From positions 2,973-66,972 of the forward strand of contig CAVRXE010000005.1 of NCBI GenBank assembly GCA_963725055.1: DNA of 64,000 nucleotides. The letters are read 5' to 3'. Under the pieces are notes generated by a model. That model was not told the DNA's origin. It was given only the letters and a program-made list of their open reading frames with translations, and ran no database searches. This document shows positions 1-8,496 of the stretch, in pieces. Each line of letters begins with the position of its first letter. The stretch's first letter is position 1. The DNA comes from Candidatus Deferrimicrobiaceae bacterium (GTDB lineage: Bacteria; Desulfobacterota; Deferrimicrobia; Deferrimicrobiales; Deferrimicrobiaceae). The position numbers and the translations under genes were made by a program.

Positions 1-398
1 TCGAGGGGATCTTCCACAACTTCGCCTTCTTCTCCATCGACAAGCGGTACCCCGGCCACGCGCGGAAGGTGATGTGCGCCGTGTGGGGGCTGGGTCTGCT
101 CATGTTCTCCAAGTTCGTCGTGATCTTCGACTCCGACGTGAACATCCAGGACATGAGCGAAGCGCTCTGGCGGATCGGGAACAACGTCGACCCGCGCCGG
201 GACACGATGATCGTGGACGGCCCCGTGGACGCCCTCGAGCACGCCTCCCCGATACCGCACTACGGCTCGAAGATGGGGATCGACGCGACGAGGAAATGGG
301 CTTCGGAAGGGTTCGCGCGCGAGTGGCCCGGAGACATCGCGATGCCCCGGGAGATCGTCGACCTCGTCACCCGACGGTGGAAGGAGTACGGATTCTGA
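1..398 (+). CDS. UbiD-family prenyl-FMN-dependent (de)carboxylase, C-terminal fragment (gene starts left of the window)
   Basis: Frame open from base 3. The translation ..EGIFHNFAFFSIDKRYPGHARKVMCAVWGLG..FVVIFDSDVNIQD..WRIGNNVDPRRD..GSKMGIDAT matches the conserved C-terminal half of UbiD-type enzymes. UbiA- and UbiX-type genes follow directly. Confidence 0.8.
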   Translation, partial: EGIFHNFAFFSIDKRYPGHARKVMCAVWGLGLLMFSKFVVIFDSDVNIQDMSEALWRIGNNVDPRRDTMIVDGPVDALEHASPIPHYGSKMGIDATRKWASEGFAREWPGDIAMPREIVDLVTRRWKEYGF

Positions 399-430
399 AC
401 GTCTTCCGCCGCATCGGCGTCTACCTCGAG

Positions 431-1282
431 ATGGTCAAGGTGGCGCATACCGTTTTCGCGCTCCCCTTCGCGCTGACGGGGATGTTCCTCGCGGCCCGGG
501 AGCTCGGCGCGCGGAACGCCCTCCCCCCTGCCCGGACCGTCTTCTACATCGTCCTCGCGATGGTGGGGGCACGCAGCGCTTCCATGGGATTCAACCGGCT
601 GGTGGACGCGGAGATCGACGCGAAGAACCCCCGGACGAGGGGCCGGGCGATCCCATCGGGGCAGGTCAGCCGGCCGATGGCGCGCGTCTTCATCCTGATG
701 TCCGTGGCGCTGCTCGCCCTTTCCGCCGCGAAGCTCAACGCGCTCTGCCTCATGCTCACCCCGGTCCTGCTCCTGCTGCTCTTCTCCTACTCGTACATGA
801 AGCGGTTCACGTGGGCGTCGCACCTCGTCCTCGGCGCGTGCCTGGGGGCGGCGCCGCTGGCGGCGTGGATCGCCGTGACGGGCACGGCGGACATCCGGGT
901 GCTCTGGATCTGCCTCGCCGTCCTGTTCTGGGTGGGCGGGTTCGACGTCCTCTACGCGCTTCAGGACATCGACTTCGACCGGCAGGAGGGCCTCCACTCG
1001 ATCCCCCGGTCCCTCGGAGTGGGGCCCTCGCTGTGGGTCGCCCGGGCCTTCCACCTGGCGATGGCGGGGTTCCTCCTGGTGGGGTATCATGTGTTCGGGC
1101 TGGGCGGGTGGTATCTTGCGGGGCTCGTCCTGTGCGCGGCCGTGCTGGGGTACGAGCACGCGATCGTCCGGAAGGACGACCTCTCGCGGCTGAATATGGC
1201 GTTCTTCAACCTGAACGGGGTCGTGAGCATCGCGTTCTGCCTGTTCACCTACCTCGACCTGGTGTTGCGGGGCCGCCCATGA
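431..1282 (+). CDS. UbiA-family aromatic polyprenyltransferase (quinone biosynthesis)
   Basis: Two Asp-rich UbiA motifs (NRLVDAEIDAKNPRTRGRAIPSG; GGFDVLYALQDIDFDRQEG) and 8-9 hydrophobic helices. Start uncertain: ATG 431 is used, but in-frame GTG 377 would add ..FRRIGVYLE. Confidence 0.8.
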   Translation: MVKVAHTVFALPFALTGMFLAARELGARNALPPARTVFYIVLAMVGARSASMGFNRLVDAEIDAKNPRTRGRAIPSGQVSRPMARVFILMSVALLALSAAKLNALCLMLTPVLLLLLFSYSYMKRFTWASHLVLGACLGAAPLAAWIAVTGTADIRVLWICLAVLFWVGGFDVLYALQDIDFDRQEGLHSIPRSLGVGPSLWVARAFHLAMAGFLLVGYHVFGLGGWYLAGLVLCAAVLGYEHAIVRKDDLSRLNMAFFNLNGVVSIAFCLFTYLDLVLRGRP

Positions 1283-1887
1283 AGGTTCTTCTCGGCATTT
1301 CGGGCGCCAGCGGCGCGGTCTACGGAGTCCGCTCCCTCTCCCTGCTCCTCGCGGGCGGCGCGGACCTGCACGTTCTGGTCACGAAGACGGCGTGGGGGAT
1401 CCTCGCCGCCGAGGTCGGGGACGGCAAGCTCCCCCGGGACGCGGACGCGCGGCGGAAATGGCTCGCCCGCCTCTCCTCCTCCACCCGGCCGTTTCGCCTG
1501 TACGCCGAGGACGACTTCGGGATCCCGTTCGCCTCCGGGTCGAACGCGCCCGACGCGATGATCGTCGCCCCCTGTTCCATGGGGACCCTCGGGCGGATCG
1601 CCCAAGGGGTGTCGTCGTCGGTGCTGACCCGGTGCGCCGACGTGGCCCTCAAAGAGCGCAAGCCGCTGGTCCTGGTGGCCCGGGAGACGCCGCTGTCGGT
1701 CATCCATCTCGAGAACATGCTGACGCTTGCCCGCGCGGGGGCGCACGTCCTCCCCGCGTGTCCGGGGTTCTACCATCGCCCGGAGACGGTCTCCGGGCTC
1801 GTCGATTTCGTCGTGTCCCGGGCGCTCTCCTGCATCGGCGTCGACGCCGGGGTCCTCCCGCGGTGGGGGGAGGGAAAGGAGGAGTGA
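1279..1887 (+). CDS. ubiX: UbiX-type flavin prenyltransferase
   Basis: MKVLLGISGASGAVYG, ..MIVAPCSMGTLGRIAQG.., ..LVLVARETPLS.. The start overlaps the upstream stop (ATGA at 1279-1282). Confidence 0.85.
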   Translation: MKVLLGISGASGAVYGVRSLSLLLAGGADLHVLVTKTAWGILAAEVGDGKLPRDADARRKWLARLSSSTRPFRLYAEDDFGIPFASGSNAPDAMIVAPCSMGTLGRIAQGVSSSVLTRCADVALKERKPLVLVARETPLSVIHLENMLTLARAGAHVLPACPGFYHRPETVSGLVDFVVSRALSCIGVDAGVLPRWGEGKEE

Positions 1888-1891
1888 GACG

Positions 1892-2248
1892 ATGAAGAAG
1901 GTCCTTGTGGTGGACGACGAGGAGAGCATCCGCGAGCTGTACCGGGCGGACCTCTCCGACGAGGGGTACGAGGTGGAGCTGGCCCAGGACGGGCGGCAGG
2001 CGCTCGCCCTTGTGGAATCCTTCCTGCCGAACCTCGTGACGCTCGACATCAAGCTGCCGGACATCGACGGGATCGAGGTCCTCCGCCGGATCCGGGAGAA
2101 GAACGCGACGATCCCGGTCATCCTGCTCACCGCCTTCGGGGAGTTCCGCCAGGATTTCAACACCTGGGCTTCCGACGCCTACATCGTGAAGTCCCACGAC
2201 ACGACGGAGCTGAAAGACACCGTCCGCAGGCTGCTGGGGGCGGGATGA
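1892..2248 (+). CDS. Single-domain response regulator (CheY-like receiver)
   Basis: KKVLVVDDEESIRE.., phospho-acceptor context VTLDIKLPDIDG, ..PVILLTAF.., ..YIVKS. GGAGG-type RBS lies upstream of ATG 1892. Confidence 0.85.
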   Translation: MKKVLVVDDEESIRELYRADLSDEGYEVELAQDGRQALALVESFLPNLVTLDIKLPDIDGIEVLRRIREKNATIPVILLTAFGEFRQDFNTWASDAYIVKSHDTTELKDTVRRLLGAG

Positions 2249-3351
2249 GCGTCCTGTCCGTCCTCGCAGAAGCCCTGCGCGGGGGGAGAAAGCCCCACGG
2301 CAGCGCGAAGGAGGTGTCGCTGGCCGCGGCGCTGACCTCCGGCCTCTACGAGGTGTCGCAGGCGATGAGCGCGCCGGCGGGGGACGTCCAGCACAGCCTC
2401 GACCTCATCACCTCCGCCGCCGCGTCGATCCTTCGGGTCGAGCGGTGCGTTCTCCTCCTTCCGGAACCCGGTGTGGAGCACCTGGTGGTCCGGTCGATGG
2501 CGGGGATCCCGCGGGGGCGGCAGTTCGAGAAGTACCGGCAGGAGATCTACAAGATGGTCGTCCATCCGGTACTCTCCTCCGGGACGGGGATGATCGTCTC
2601 GGAGGGGAGGCCGGCGACGGACCGCGCCCTCCTGCGTCTGATGCGCCGCCTGGAGATGAAGGGGTTCCTCGTCGCGCCGGTGAAGAGTCCCACGGCCGCG
2701 ATCGGGATCATCGCCGCCGCGACGCCGCTGGACGGGCGGGAGCTGATGGACGGGGATCTGAAGCTCCTCTCCGTCCTTGCGAACTTCGCGGCGATCGCCC
2801 TCGAGAACGCGGCGCTGATCGGGCACCTCGACAAGAAAGCGCGCAAGCTGACCGCGATCTTCGAGATCAGCAAGGCGTTGAACGAGCAGAGCGACCCGGC
2901 CGTCCTGTTCCAGCTGATCGTCGACCGGGCGACGGAGTTGATGGGCGCCTCTTCCGGGTCGGTGATCCGGATGGATCCCGTAACGGGGACGCTCTTCATC
3001 GAGGCGGAGCGGGGCCTGGGCCCCGAGGTGAAGAACGCGATGCGGCTTCGCGTCGGGGAGGGGGTCACCGGGTGGGTGGCGCGGGAAGGGGAGCCGCTGC
3101 TCGTTCCCGACGTGCGGAAGGACCCCCGCTACGTACAGGCCAATCCCGCGGTGCTGTCCGAGATGGCGGTGCCGGTGAAATGGGGATCCGAGGTGATGGG
3201 GGTCATCAACCTCGACCATTACAAAGTGGAAGGATTCGCCGAAGAGGACCTCGAACTGCTCACGGCGTTCGGCAACGCGGCGGCGGTGGCGCTGCGAAAC
3301 GCCAACGCCCTCCGCGGATGGACCCGGAAGGCGGACCCCGGAAAAGAATGA
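2245..3351 (+). CDS. Tandem GAF-domain protein
   Basis: 368-aa ORF with two GAF-like halves, e.g. ..GEGVTGWVAREGEPLLVPDVRKDPRY.. and ..SEMAVPVKWGSEVMGVINLD... The start overlaps the upstream stop. Confidence 0.7.
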   Translation: MSVLSVLAEALRGGRKPHGSAKEVSLAAALTSGLYEVSQAMSAPAGDVQHSLDLITSAAASILRVERCVLLLPEPGVEHLVVRSMAGIPRGRQFEKYRQEIYKMVVHPVLSSGTGMIVSEGRPATDRALLRLMRRLEMKGFLVAPVKSPTAAIGIIAAATPLDGRELMDGDLKLLSVLANFAAIALENAALIGHLDKKARKLTAIFEISKALNEQSDPAVLFQLIVDRATELMGASSGSVIRMDPVTGTLFIEAERGLGPEVKNAMRLRVGEGVTGWVAREGEPLLVPDVRKDPRYVQANPAVLSEMAVPVKWGSEVMGVINLDHYKVEGFAEEDLELLTAFGNAAAVALRNANALRGWTRKADPGKE

Positions 3352-4292
3352 CCCCCGTGCATGGAACCGTTCTTATCGCCCGTCCATTATGGCCCGTCCT
3401 CGGGCGCGTCGGGAACCTGTTGTCCCGCCGTGGCTACTCGGTGGAGACGGCCGGTTCCTGGAGCGCGCTCCTCGCGGAGCCGGGAAGGCGGGCGGGGCTC
3501 GCGGCCGTTCTGCTGGGGGAGTACGGGAGCGTCGCCGAGGAAGAGGAGATCCTGCGGCGGTTTCGCGACGCCGGCGGACCGGGAGTTCCCGTGTTCCTGA
3601 TCGGCGGACAGGGCGCTGTCCGCCGGACCCACCGGTTCCTGGAGGCGGGGGCGGACATGGTCTTTGCCGCGGACCTTCCGGAAGCGGAGATCCTCGAACG
3701 TGCGCAGCCGCTCCTCGCGTACGGAGAGATGTACCGGAGCGCCGTCCACGCCGGCCGGGAGCTCTCGGACCTCGCAATGCGCGACGGACTGACCGGGTTG
3801 CCCGACCGGCGCGGTTTCTCGCTCGATCTCGACCGTTGCGCCGAGACGGCACGACGCATCGGGCGGCCCCTCTCCTGCATCGTAACGGATATCGACGACC
3901 TCCGGAGCGTCAATGAGAAATTCGGGCCGGAGGTGGGGGACAGCGTGATCCGGCAATTCGGCGGCGTCCTGGCCCGGGTGAAGAGGAGTTACGACACCGT
4001 GGCCCGCCTGGGAGGCGACGAGTTCGTCTGGCTCCTTCTGGGCGTCGGTCGCGACGATGCGTTGCGGGCCGCGGAGAGGGCCCAGCGGCTGGTTTCCGGG
4101 AGCGTCTTCAACGGGACCCACACACCGGTCCGCGTGACCGCGGCCTTCGGTGTTTCGTCTCTCTCTCCGGGGGGGGAGTGGAACGCGCAGACCCTCGTGG
4201 AAAACGCCGACCGGGCCCTGTACTGGGCGAAGGAGAGCGGAAAGAACATGATACGGGTCTACCCGCCGGGGAAGGAGGTCGCCGATGCGTAG
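3348..4292 (+). CDS. Diguanylate cyclase (GGDEF) with a degenerate N-terminal receiver-like domain
   Basis: ..DGLTGLPDRRGF.., active-site RLGGDEF, and an RSYD I-site five residues upstream. The N-terminal REC-like fold has no obvious phospho-Asp (..AAVLLGEYG..). ATGA overlap with the GAF gene. Confidence 0.85.
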   Translation: MTPVHGTVLIARPLWPVLGRVGNLLSRRGYSVETAGSWSALLAEPGRRAGLAAVLLGEYGSVAEEEEILRRFRDAGGPGVPVFLIGGQGAVRRTHRFLEAGADMVFAADLPEAEILERAQPLLAYGEMYRSAVHAGRELSDLAMRDGLTGLPDRRGFSLDLDRCAETARRIGRPLSCIVTDIDDLRSVNEKFGPEVGDSVIRQFGGVLARVKRSYDTVARLGGDEFVWLLLGVGRDDALRAAERAQRLVSGSVFNGTHTPVRVTAAFGVSSLSPGGEWNAQTLVENADRALYWAKESGKNMIRVYPPGKEVADA

Positions 4293-4755
4293 GGAGATCC
4301 TGATCTACCCCGATCCGTTCCTCGCGCGGAAGGCGGTCCCTGTGGCCGCGGTGGACGACCGGATCCGCGCCCTCGTCCGCGACATGTTCGAGACGATGTA
4401 CGCCGCCGAGGGGATCGGGCTTGCCGCGACCCAGGTGGGGGTGGGGAAGCGGGTCGTCGTCCTCGATGTCTCTCCCGTGGACGAGACGATCTCTCCCATG
4501 GCCGTGGTCAACCCGGAGATCGTCTCGCGGAACGGATCGGTGACGGGCGTCGAAGGGTGCCTGAGCGTCCCCGGGGTCCAGGGCGAGGTGTGCCGCGCCG
4601 AAACCGTCGAGGTGCGCGGCATGGACGAGCAGGGGAATCCGCTTCGGATTCAGGCGGCCGGGATCCTCTCCCGCGCGCTGCAGCACGAGATCGATCATCT
4701 CGACGGGATCCTCTTCATCGAGCGCCTTTCCTCCTCCGCGGTGGCCTCCTCGTAG
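4285..4755 (+). CDS. def: Peptide deformylase
   Basis: All three deformylase motifs are present: GIGLAATQVG, EGCLSVPG, HEIDHLDG. Confidence 0.95.
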   Translation: MRREILIYPDPFLARKAVPVAAVDDRIRALVRDMFETMYAAEGIGLAATQVGVGKRVVVLDVSPVDETISPMAVVNPEIVSRNGSVTGVEGCLSVPGVQGEVCRAETVEVRGMDEQGNPLRIQAAGILSRALQHEIDHLDGILFIERLSSSAVASS

Positions 4756-5720
4756 TGATTCTTCCGTCGCCCGTTCCCGGGGCCGCCCGGCTGCGCACGG
4801 TGTTCATGGGGACGCCGGGGTTCGCCGTCCCTTCCCTCGCCGCCCTCGCGGAAGCGGCGGACGTGACCCTCGTCCTGTGCAACCCGGACCGGCCCGCGGG
4901 ACGCGGACGATCGATGGCGTCGCCCCCGGTCAAGGAGGAGGCGATCCGGCGCGGGATCCCGGTCTTCCAGCCGGAAAAGGCGCGCCACCCCGACGCCGTC
5001 GCCCGGATCGGCGCCGAGGCGCCCGACCTGATCGTCGTCGCGGCGTACGGCCACATCCTGCCGAAGTCGATCCTCGACATCCCCCGTCTCGGGTGCATCA
5101 ACGTCCACGCCTCCCTGCTCCCCAAGTACCGCGGCGCGGCCCCGATCAACTGGGCGGTGGCTCGCGGGGAAACGGTGACGGGGATCACGATCATGCGGAT
5201 GGACGAGGGGATGGACACGGGTCCCATGCTGCATGTGCGGGAGATGCCGATCGGCGAGGAAGACACCGCGGAGACGATCTTCGCGAAACTGTCGATCCTC
5301 GGCGCCGAGGCGCTGCGCGAGGCGTTGCGCAGGCTGCGGGAAGGGACGCTCGACGAGACGCCGCAGGACGCCGCCCTTGCGACGTACGCCCCTCTGCTTA
5401 CGAAGGAGCACGGCAGGATCGACTGGAGCCGTCCGGCGAGAGAGGTCCTCAACCTGGTCCGCGGTATGACGCCGTGGCCCTCCGCGTTCGCGCTCCACGC
5501 GGGGAAGACGCTCAAGGTCCTCTCATCGGTCCTCCCCGCGGAATCCGGGCCGGCGGGGGAGCCCGGCGAGTTGGTCGCCATCGGGCGCCGCGGGATCTCG
5601 GTCGCCTGCGGGGAAGGGGTCCTCCGCCTTCAGGTCGTGCAGCCGGAGGGGGGAAAGGCGATGGAGGCGTGGGCGTACGCCCAGGGACGGCGCGTGGCGA
5701 CGGGGGAACGGCTATCGTAA
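4755..5720 (+). CDS. fmt: Methionyl-tRNA formyltransferase
   Basis: ..VFMGTPGFAVPSL.., ..NVHASLLPKYRGAAPINWA.., ..TGITIMRMDEGMDTGP... GTG 4755 is taken as the start; it lies directly after the def stop. Confidence 0.9.
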   Translation: MILPSPVPGAARLRTVFMGTPGFAVPSLAALAEAADVTLVLCNPDRPAGRGRSMASPPVKEEAIRRGIPVFQPEKARHPDAVARIGAEAPDLIVVAAYGHILPKSILDIPRLGCINVHASLLPKYRGAAPINWAVARGETVTGITIMRMDEGMDTGPMLHVREMPIGEEDTAETIFAKLSILGAEALREALRRLREGTLDETPQDAALATYAPLLTKEHGRIDWSRPAREVLNLVRGMTPWPSAFALHAGKTLKVLSSVLPAESGPAGEPGELVAIGRRGISVACGEGVLRLQVVQPEGGKAMEAWAYAQGRRVATGERLS

Positions 5721-7045
5721 GGGACGCGGCGATCTCGGTCCTGGCCCGGGTGGACCGCGACGAGGCCTTCGCCGACATCGTGCTCGACCGCGCGCTGCGC
5801 GACGCGGGCTTTTCCGATTCCCGCGACCGGGGGCTCCTGACGGAGCTCGTGATGGGAACCTTGCGCCGGCGCGGCACGATCGATTTCGCTCTCCTGCCGT
5901 TCCTCTCCCGTCCCCTCGAACAGACCGACGCGTACGTCCGGAACGCCCTCCGGGTGGGGGCGTACCAGCTCTTCTACACCCGCATCCCCGACCGCGCGGC
6001 GCTGAACGAAACGGTGGCGGCCGTCAAGGCGGCGCGGGGCGGCGGCGCGGGGGGGTTCGTCAACGCGGTTCTGCGCGGGATCGTCCGCGCGGGGAAGATT
6101 CCCGTCCTGCCCCCGGAGGGAGACACCCGCCGGCTTCCCGCGGAGGGGTCGGCCCCGCGGGATCTGATCGACGCATTCGCTGCGTCGCTGGGGGAGGCGG
6201 AGACGCGGGCGTTCCTCGCCGCGTGCCTCGAGAAACCGCCCTTCGCGGTGCGCGCCAACCCGTTCCGTGTCGTCACGGATGCGTTGGCGAGGCGATTCGC
6301 CGACGAAGGGAGAGACCCCGTCCCCTGCCGGTTCGCGCCGGACGGGTTCGTCCTCGGAAAGCCCGCCCCGGTCTTCTCCGACGCGGCGTTCCTCGAAGGG
6401 GCGTACCTCGTCATGGACGAGGGGGCGCAGTTGATCGCCACGCTCCTGCGTCCCGGGCCGGGCGAGCGGATTCTCGACGCCTGCGCCGCCCCGGGCGGGA
6501 AAACAACGCACCTGTCCGCCCTCGCCGGGGGGAAGGCGGAGATCCTCGGAACGGACGTCTCCGCCCTGCGGCTCCGCATGTTGCGCGAGGTGTTGACGCG
6601 GACCGGCGCGCCGGGGATCCGGACGGCCCTCCACGACCTCTCCCGGGCTCCGCTGACGCTCTCCTCCGGGCTCTTCGACAAGGCGCTTGTGGACGCCCCG
6701 TGCACGGGGATGGGGGTGATCCGCCGGAACCCGGACGCCAAGTGGCGGTTCCGGCCGGACGGGCCGCGGCGAATGGCGCGGGTGCAGGCGGCGATCCTGC
6801 GGAACGCGTGGGAAGCCGTGCGCCAGGGCGGGCTCCTGCTCTACTGCACCTGTTCGCCGTTGAAGGAGGAGGACGAGGAGGTCGTGGCGGCGTTCCTCGC
6901 GGAGCGCCCGGAGGCGGCCGTGGCGGCCCGTCCCGACGGATGGCCGGGCCCCGCCGACGCCTGGACGGCGGACGGCTTCCTTCGGCTCTATCCGCACCGG
7001 CACGGCACCGACGCGTTCTTCGCAGCGCTTCTCCGGAAGGGGTGA
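5669..7045 (+). CDS. rsmB: 16S rRNA (cytosine967-C5)-methyltransferase RsmB/Sun
   Basis: NusB-like N-terminus (RDAAISVLARVDRDEAFADIVL..), SAM motif DACAAPGGKT, and catalytic DAPCTGMGVIRRNPD and ..LLYCTCS... Start uncertain: GTG 5669 overlaps the fmt 3' end. Confidence 0.85.
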   Translation: MGVRPGTARGDGGTAIVRDAAISVLARVDRDEAFADIVLDRALRDAGFSDSRDRGLLTELVMGTLRRRGTIDFALLPFLSRPLEQTDAYVRNALRVGAYQLFYTRIPDRAALNETVAAVKAARGGGAGGFVNAVLRGIVRAGKIPVLPPEGDTRRLPAEGSAPRDLIDAFAASLGEAETRAFLAACLEKPPFAVRANPFRVVTDALARRFADEGRDPVPCRFAPDGFVLGKPAPVFSDAAFLEGAYLVMDEGAQLIATLLRPGPGERILDACAAPGGKTTHLSALAGGKAEILGTDVSALRLRMLREVLTRTGAPGIRTALHDLSRAPLTLSSGLFDKALVDAPCTGMGVIRRNPDAKWRFRPDGPRRMARVQAAILRNAWEAVRQGGLLLYCTCSPLKEEDEEVVAAFLAERPEAAVAARPDGWPGPADAWTADGFLRLYPHRHGTDAFFAALLRKG

Positions 7046-7102
7046 CCGGATCACCCCGGCCCCGGGGACGTGCTACTATCGATCACGAGGGGGGGGAACC
7101 GC

Positions 7103-7780
7103 ATGGAGTATTACATCGCGCCGTCGCTCCTTTCGGCGGACTTCGGCCGGCTGGCCGAGGAGGTGCAGGCGGTCGAGAAGGCGGGCGCCGACCTGCTCCA
7201 CGTCGACGTGATGGACGGCCGTTTCGTCCCCAACATCACCATCGGCCCATCACTGGTGGCGGCGATCCGGAAAGCGGCCACCACGCCCCTCGACGTCCAC
7301 CTGATGATCGTGGAGCCGGAACGGTACATCGAAGACTTCGCGAAGGCGGGGGCCGATATCATCACGGTCCACGCCGAGGCGACCTCCCACCTCCAGCGCG
7401 TCGTCGCACGCATCCGCGAACTCGGGAAAAAGGCGGGTGTCGCCCTCAATCCCTCCACGTCGCTCTCCGCCGTGGAGTGGGTCCTGACCGACGTGGACAT
7501 GGTCCTGCTCATGAGCGTCAACCCCGGCTTCGGCGGCCAGGCGTTCCTGCCGTCCGCGCTCGGCAAGATCGAGCTGCTCCGCTCCCAGCTCACCCGCGCG
7601 GGGCTGGACGTCGATATCCAGGTCGACGGCGGGGTCAAGGCGGACAACGTCGGCGATGTGGCCGCCGCCGGGGCGAACGTGATCGTCTCCGGATCCGGGA
7701 TCTTCGGGACTCCCGATTACGGGAAGACGATCGCCCTGATGAAACGGAATTTACGGAAAGCCGTCGGCGCGAAGGTTTAG
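7103..7780 (+). CDS. rpe: Ribulose-phosphate 3-epimerase
   Basis: ..APSLLSADF.., LHVDVMDGRFVPNITIG, ..VHLMI.., MSVNPGFGGQ, ..IQVDGGV... An alternative upstream start lies at 7070. Confidence 0.95.
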   Translation: MEYYIAPSLLSADFGRLAEEVQAVEKAGADLLHVDVMDGRFVPNITIGPSLVAAIRKAATTPLDVHLMIVEPERYIEDFAKAGADIITVHAEATSHLQRVVARIRELGKKAGVALNPSTSLSAVEWVLTDVDMVLLMSVNPGFGGQAFLPSALGKIELLRSQLTRAGLDVDIQVDGGVKADNVGDVAAAGANVIVSGSGIFGTPDYGKTIALMKRNLRKAVGAKV

Positions 7781-7842
7781 CGGCCCGATAGGACGTAACC
7801 CGTCCCGCTCCCCGGCGGTACTTCCGCAAGGAGGATTCCCCC

Positions 7843-8211
7843 TTGCCCCTCTCGTTCCTCGGCTTCCTCGCGATCGGCGCCGCGATCGGCGGCATGTCCG
7901 GAATGTTCGGAATCGGCGGCGGCGCTTTCCTCGTCCCGGCGTTGGTCGTCCTTTGCGGATTCGACCAGAAGACGGCGGCCGGGACGACGCTCGGGATGCT
8001 TCTCCCCCCGATCGGCATCGCCGCCTTCTGGCAATATTACAAGGCGGACCTGGTGAACGTCCCGGCCGTGCTGCTGCTCGTTGCGGGTTTCCTGGCCGGC
8101 TCGTACCTGTCCGCGGGGTACGCGATCGGACTGCCTTCGCTCCTCTTGAAGCGGGCCTTCGGGGGAGTGATGATCGTGACAGGGGTGATCTACATATTGA
8201 CGGCGCGGTAG
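7843..8211 (+). CDS. Half-size TauE/SafE (DUF81) family membrane protein
   Basis: 122 aa with 4 predicted helices and GMFGIGGGAFLVPALV and ..GTTLGMLLPP.. motifs. TTG start 7843 sits behind a strong AAGGAGGA RBS (7828-7835). Confidence 0.65.
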   Translation: MPLSFLGFLAIGAAIGGMSGMFGIGGGAFLVPALVVLCGFDQKTAAGTTLGMLLPPIGIAAFWQYYKADLVNVPAVLLLVAGFLAGSYLSAGYAIGLPSLLLKRAFGGVMIVTGVIYILTAR

Positions 8212-8237
8212 GCCGTTGGTACCATTGCTCCTTCCAT

Positions 8238-8314
8238 CGGGATGTGGCTCAGCCTGGTAGAGCACCTGGTTCGGGACCAGGGGGTCGCTGGTTCAAATCC
8301 AGTCATCCCGACCA
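8238..8314 (+). tRNA. tRNA-Pro (anticodon CGG)
   Basis: Hand-folded cloverleaf: acceptor CGGGATG/CATCCCG, D arm GCTC..GAGC, anticodon stem CCTGG/CCAGG with loop TTCGGGA, T arm GCTGG-TTCAAAT-CCAGT, discriminator A, encoded CCA. 77 nt. Confidence 0.9.
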
Positions 8315-8331
8315 TCTTCAAAAGAGGTTGC

Positions 8332-8363
8332 GGGTCGCCGTTCCCGGGGCGGCCCGTTTTTTT
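8332..8363 (+). terminator. Rho-independent terminator after tRNA-Pro
   Basis: GGGTCGCC-(8-nt loop)-GGCGGCCC stem (one G-U pair) followed by G plus T7. Confidence 0.75.
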
Positions 8364-8496
8364 ACCCCCCCCAGCCACGCCGGGTGGTACTACCCCTCCT
8401 GCACCTCGTGGACTACAGGATCCACGCCCTCGTAAATCGCCTGCCGTTCCGGTTCAATGCGGGGTAGGGATGCGGCGGTCAGGAGGGCGAAAAGGA

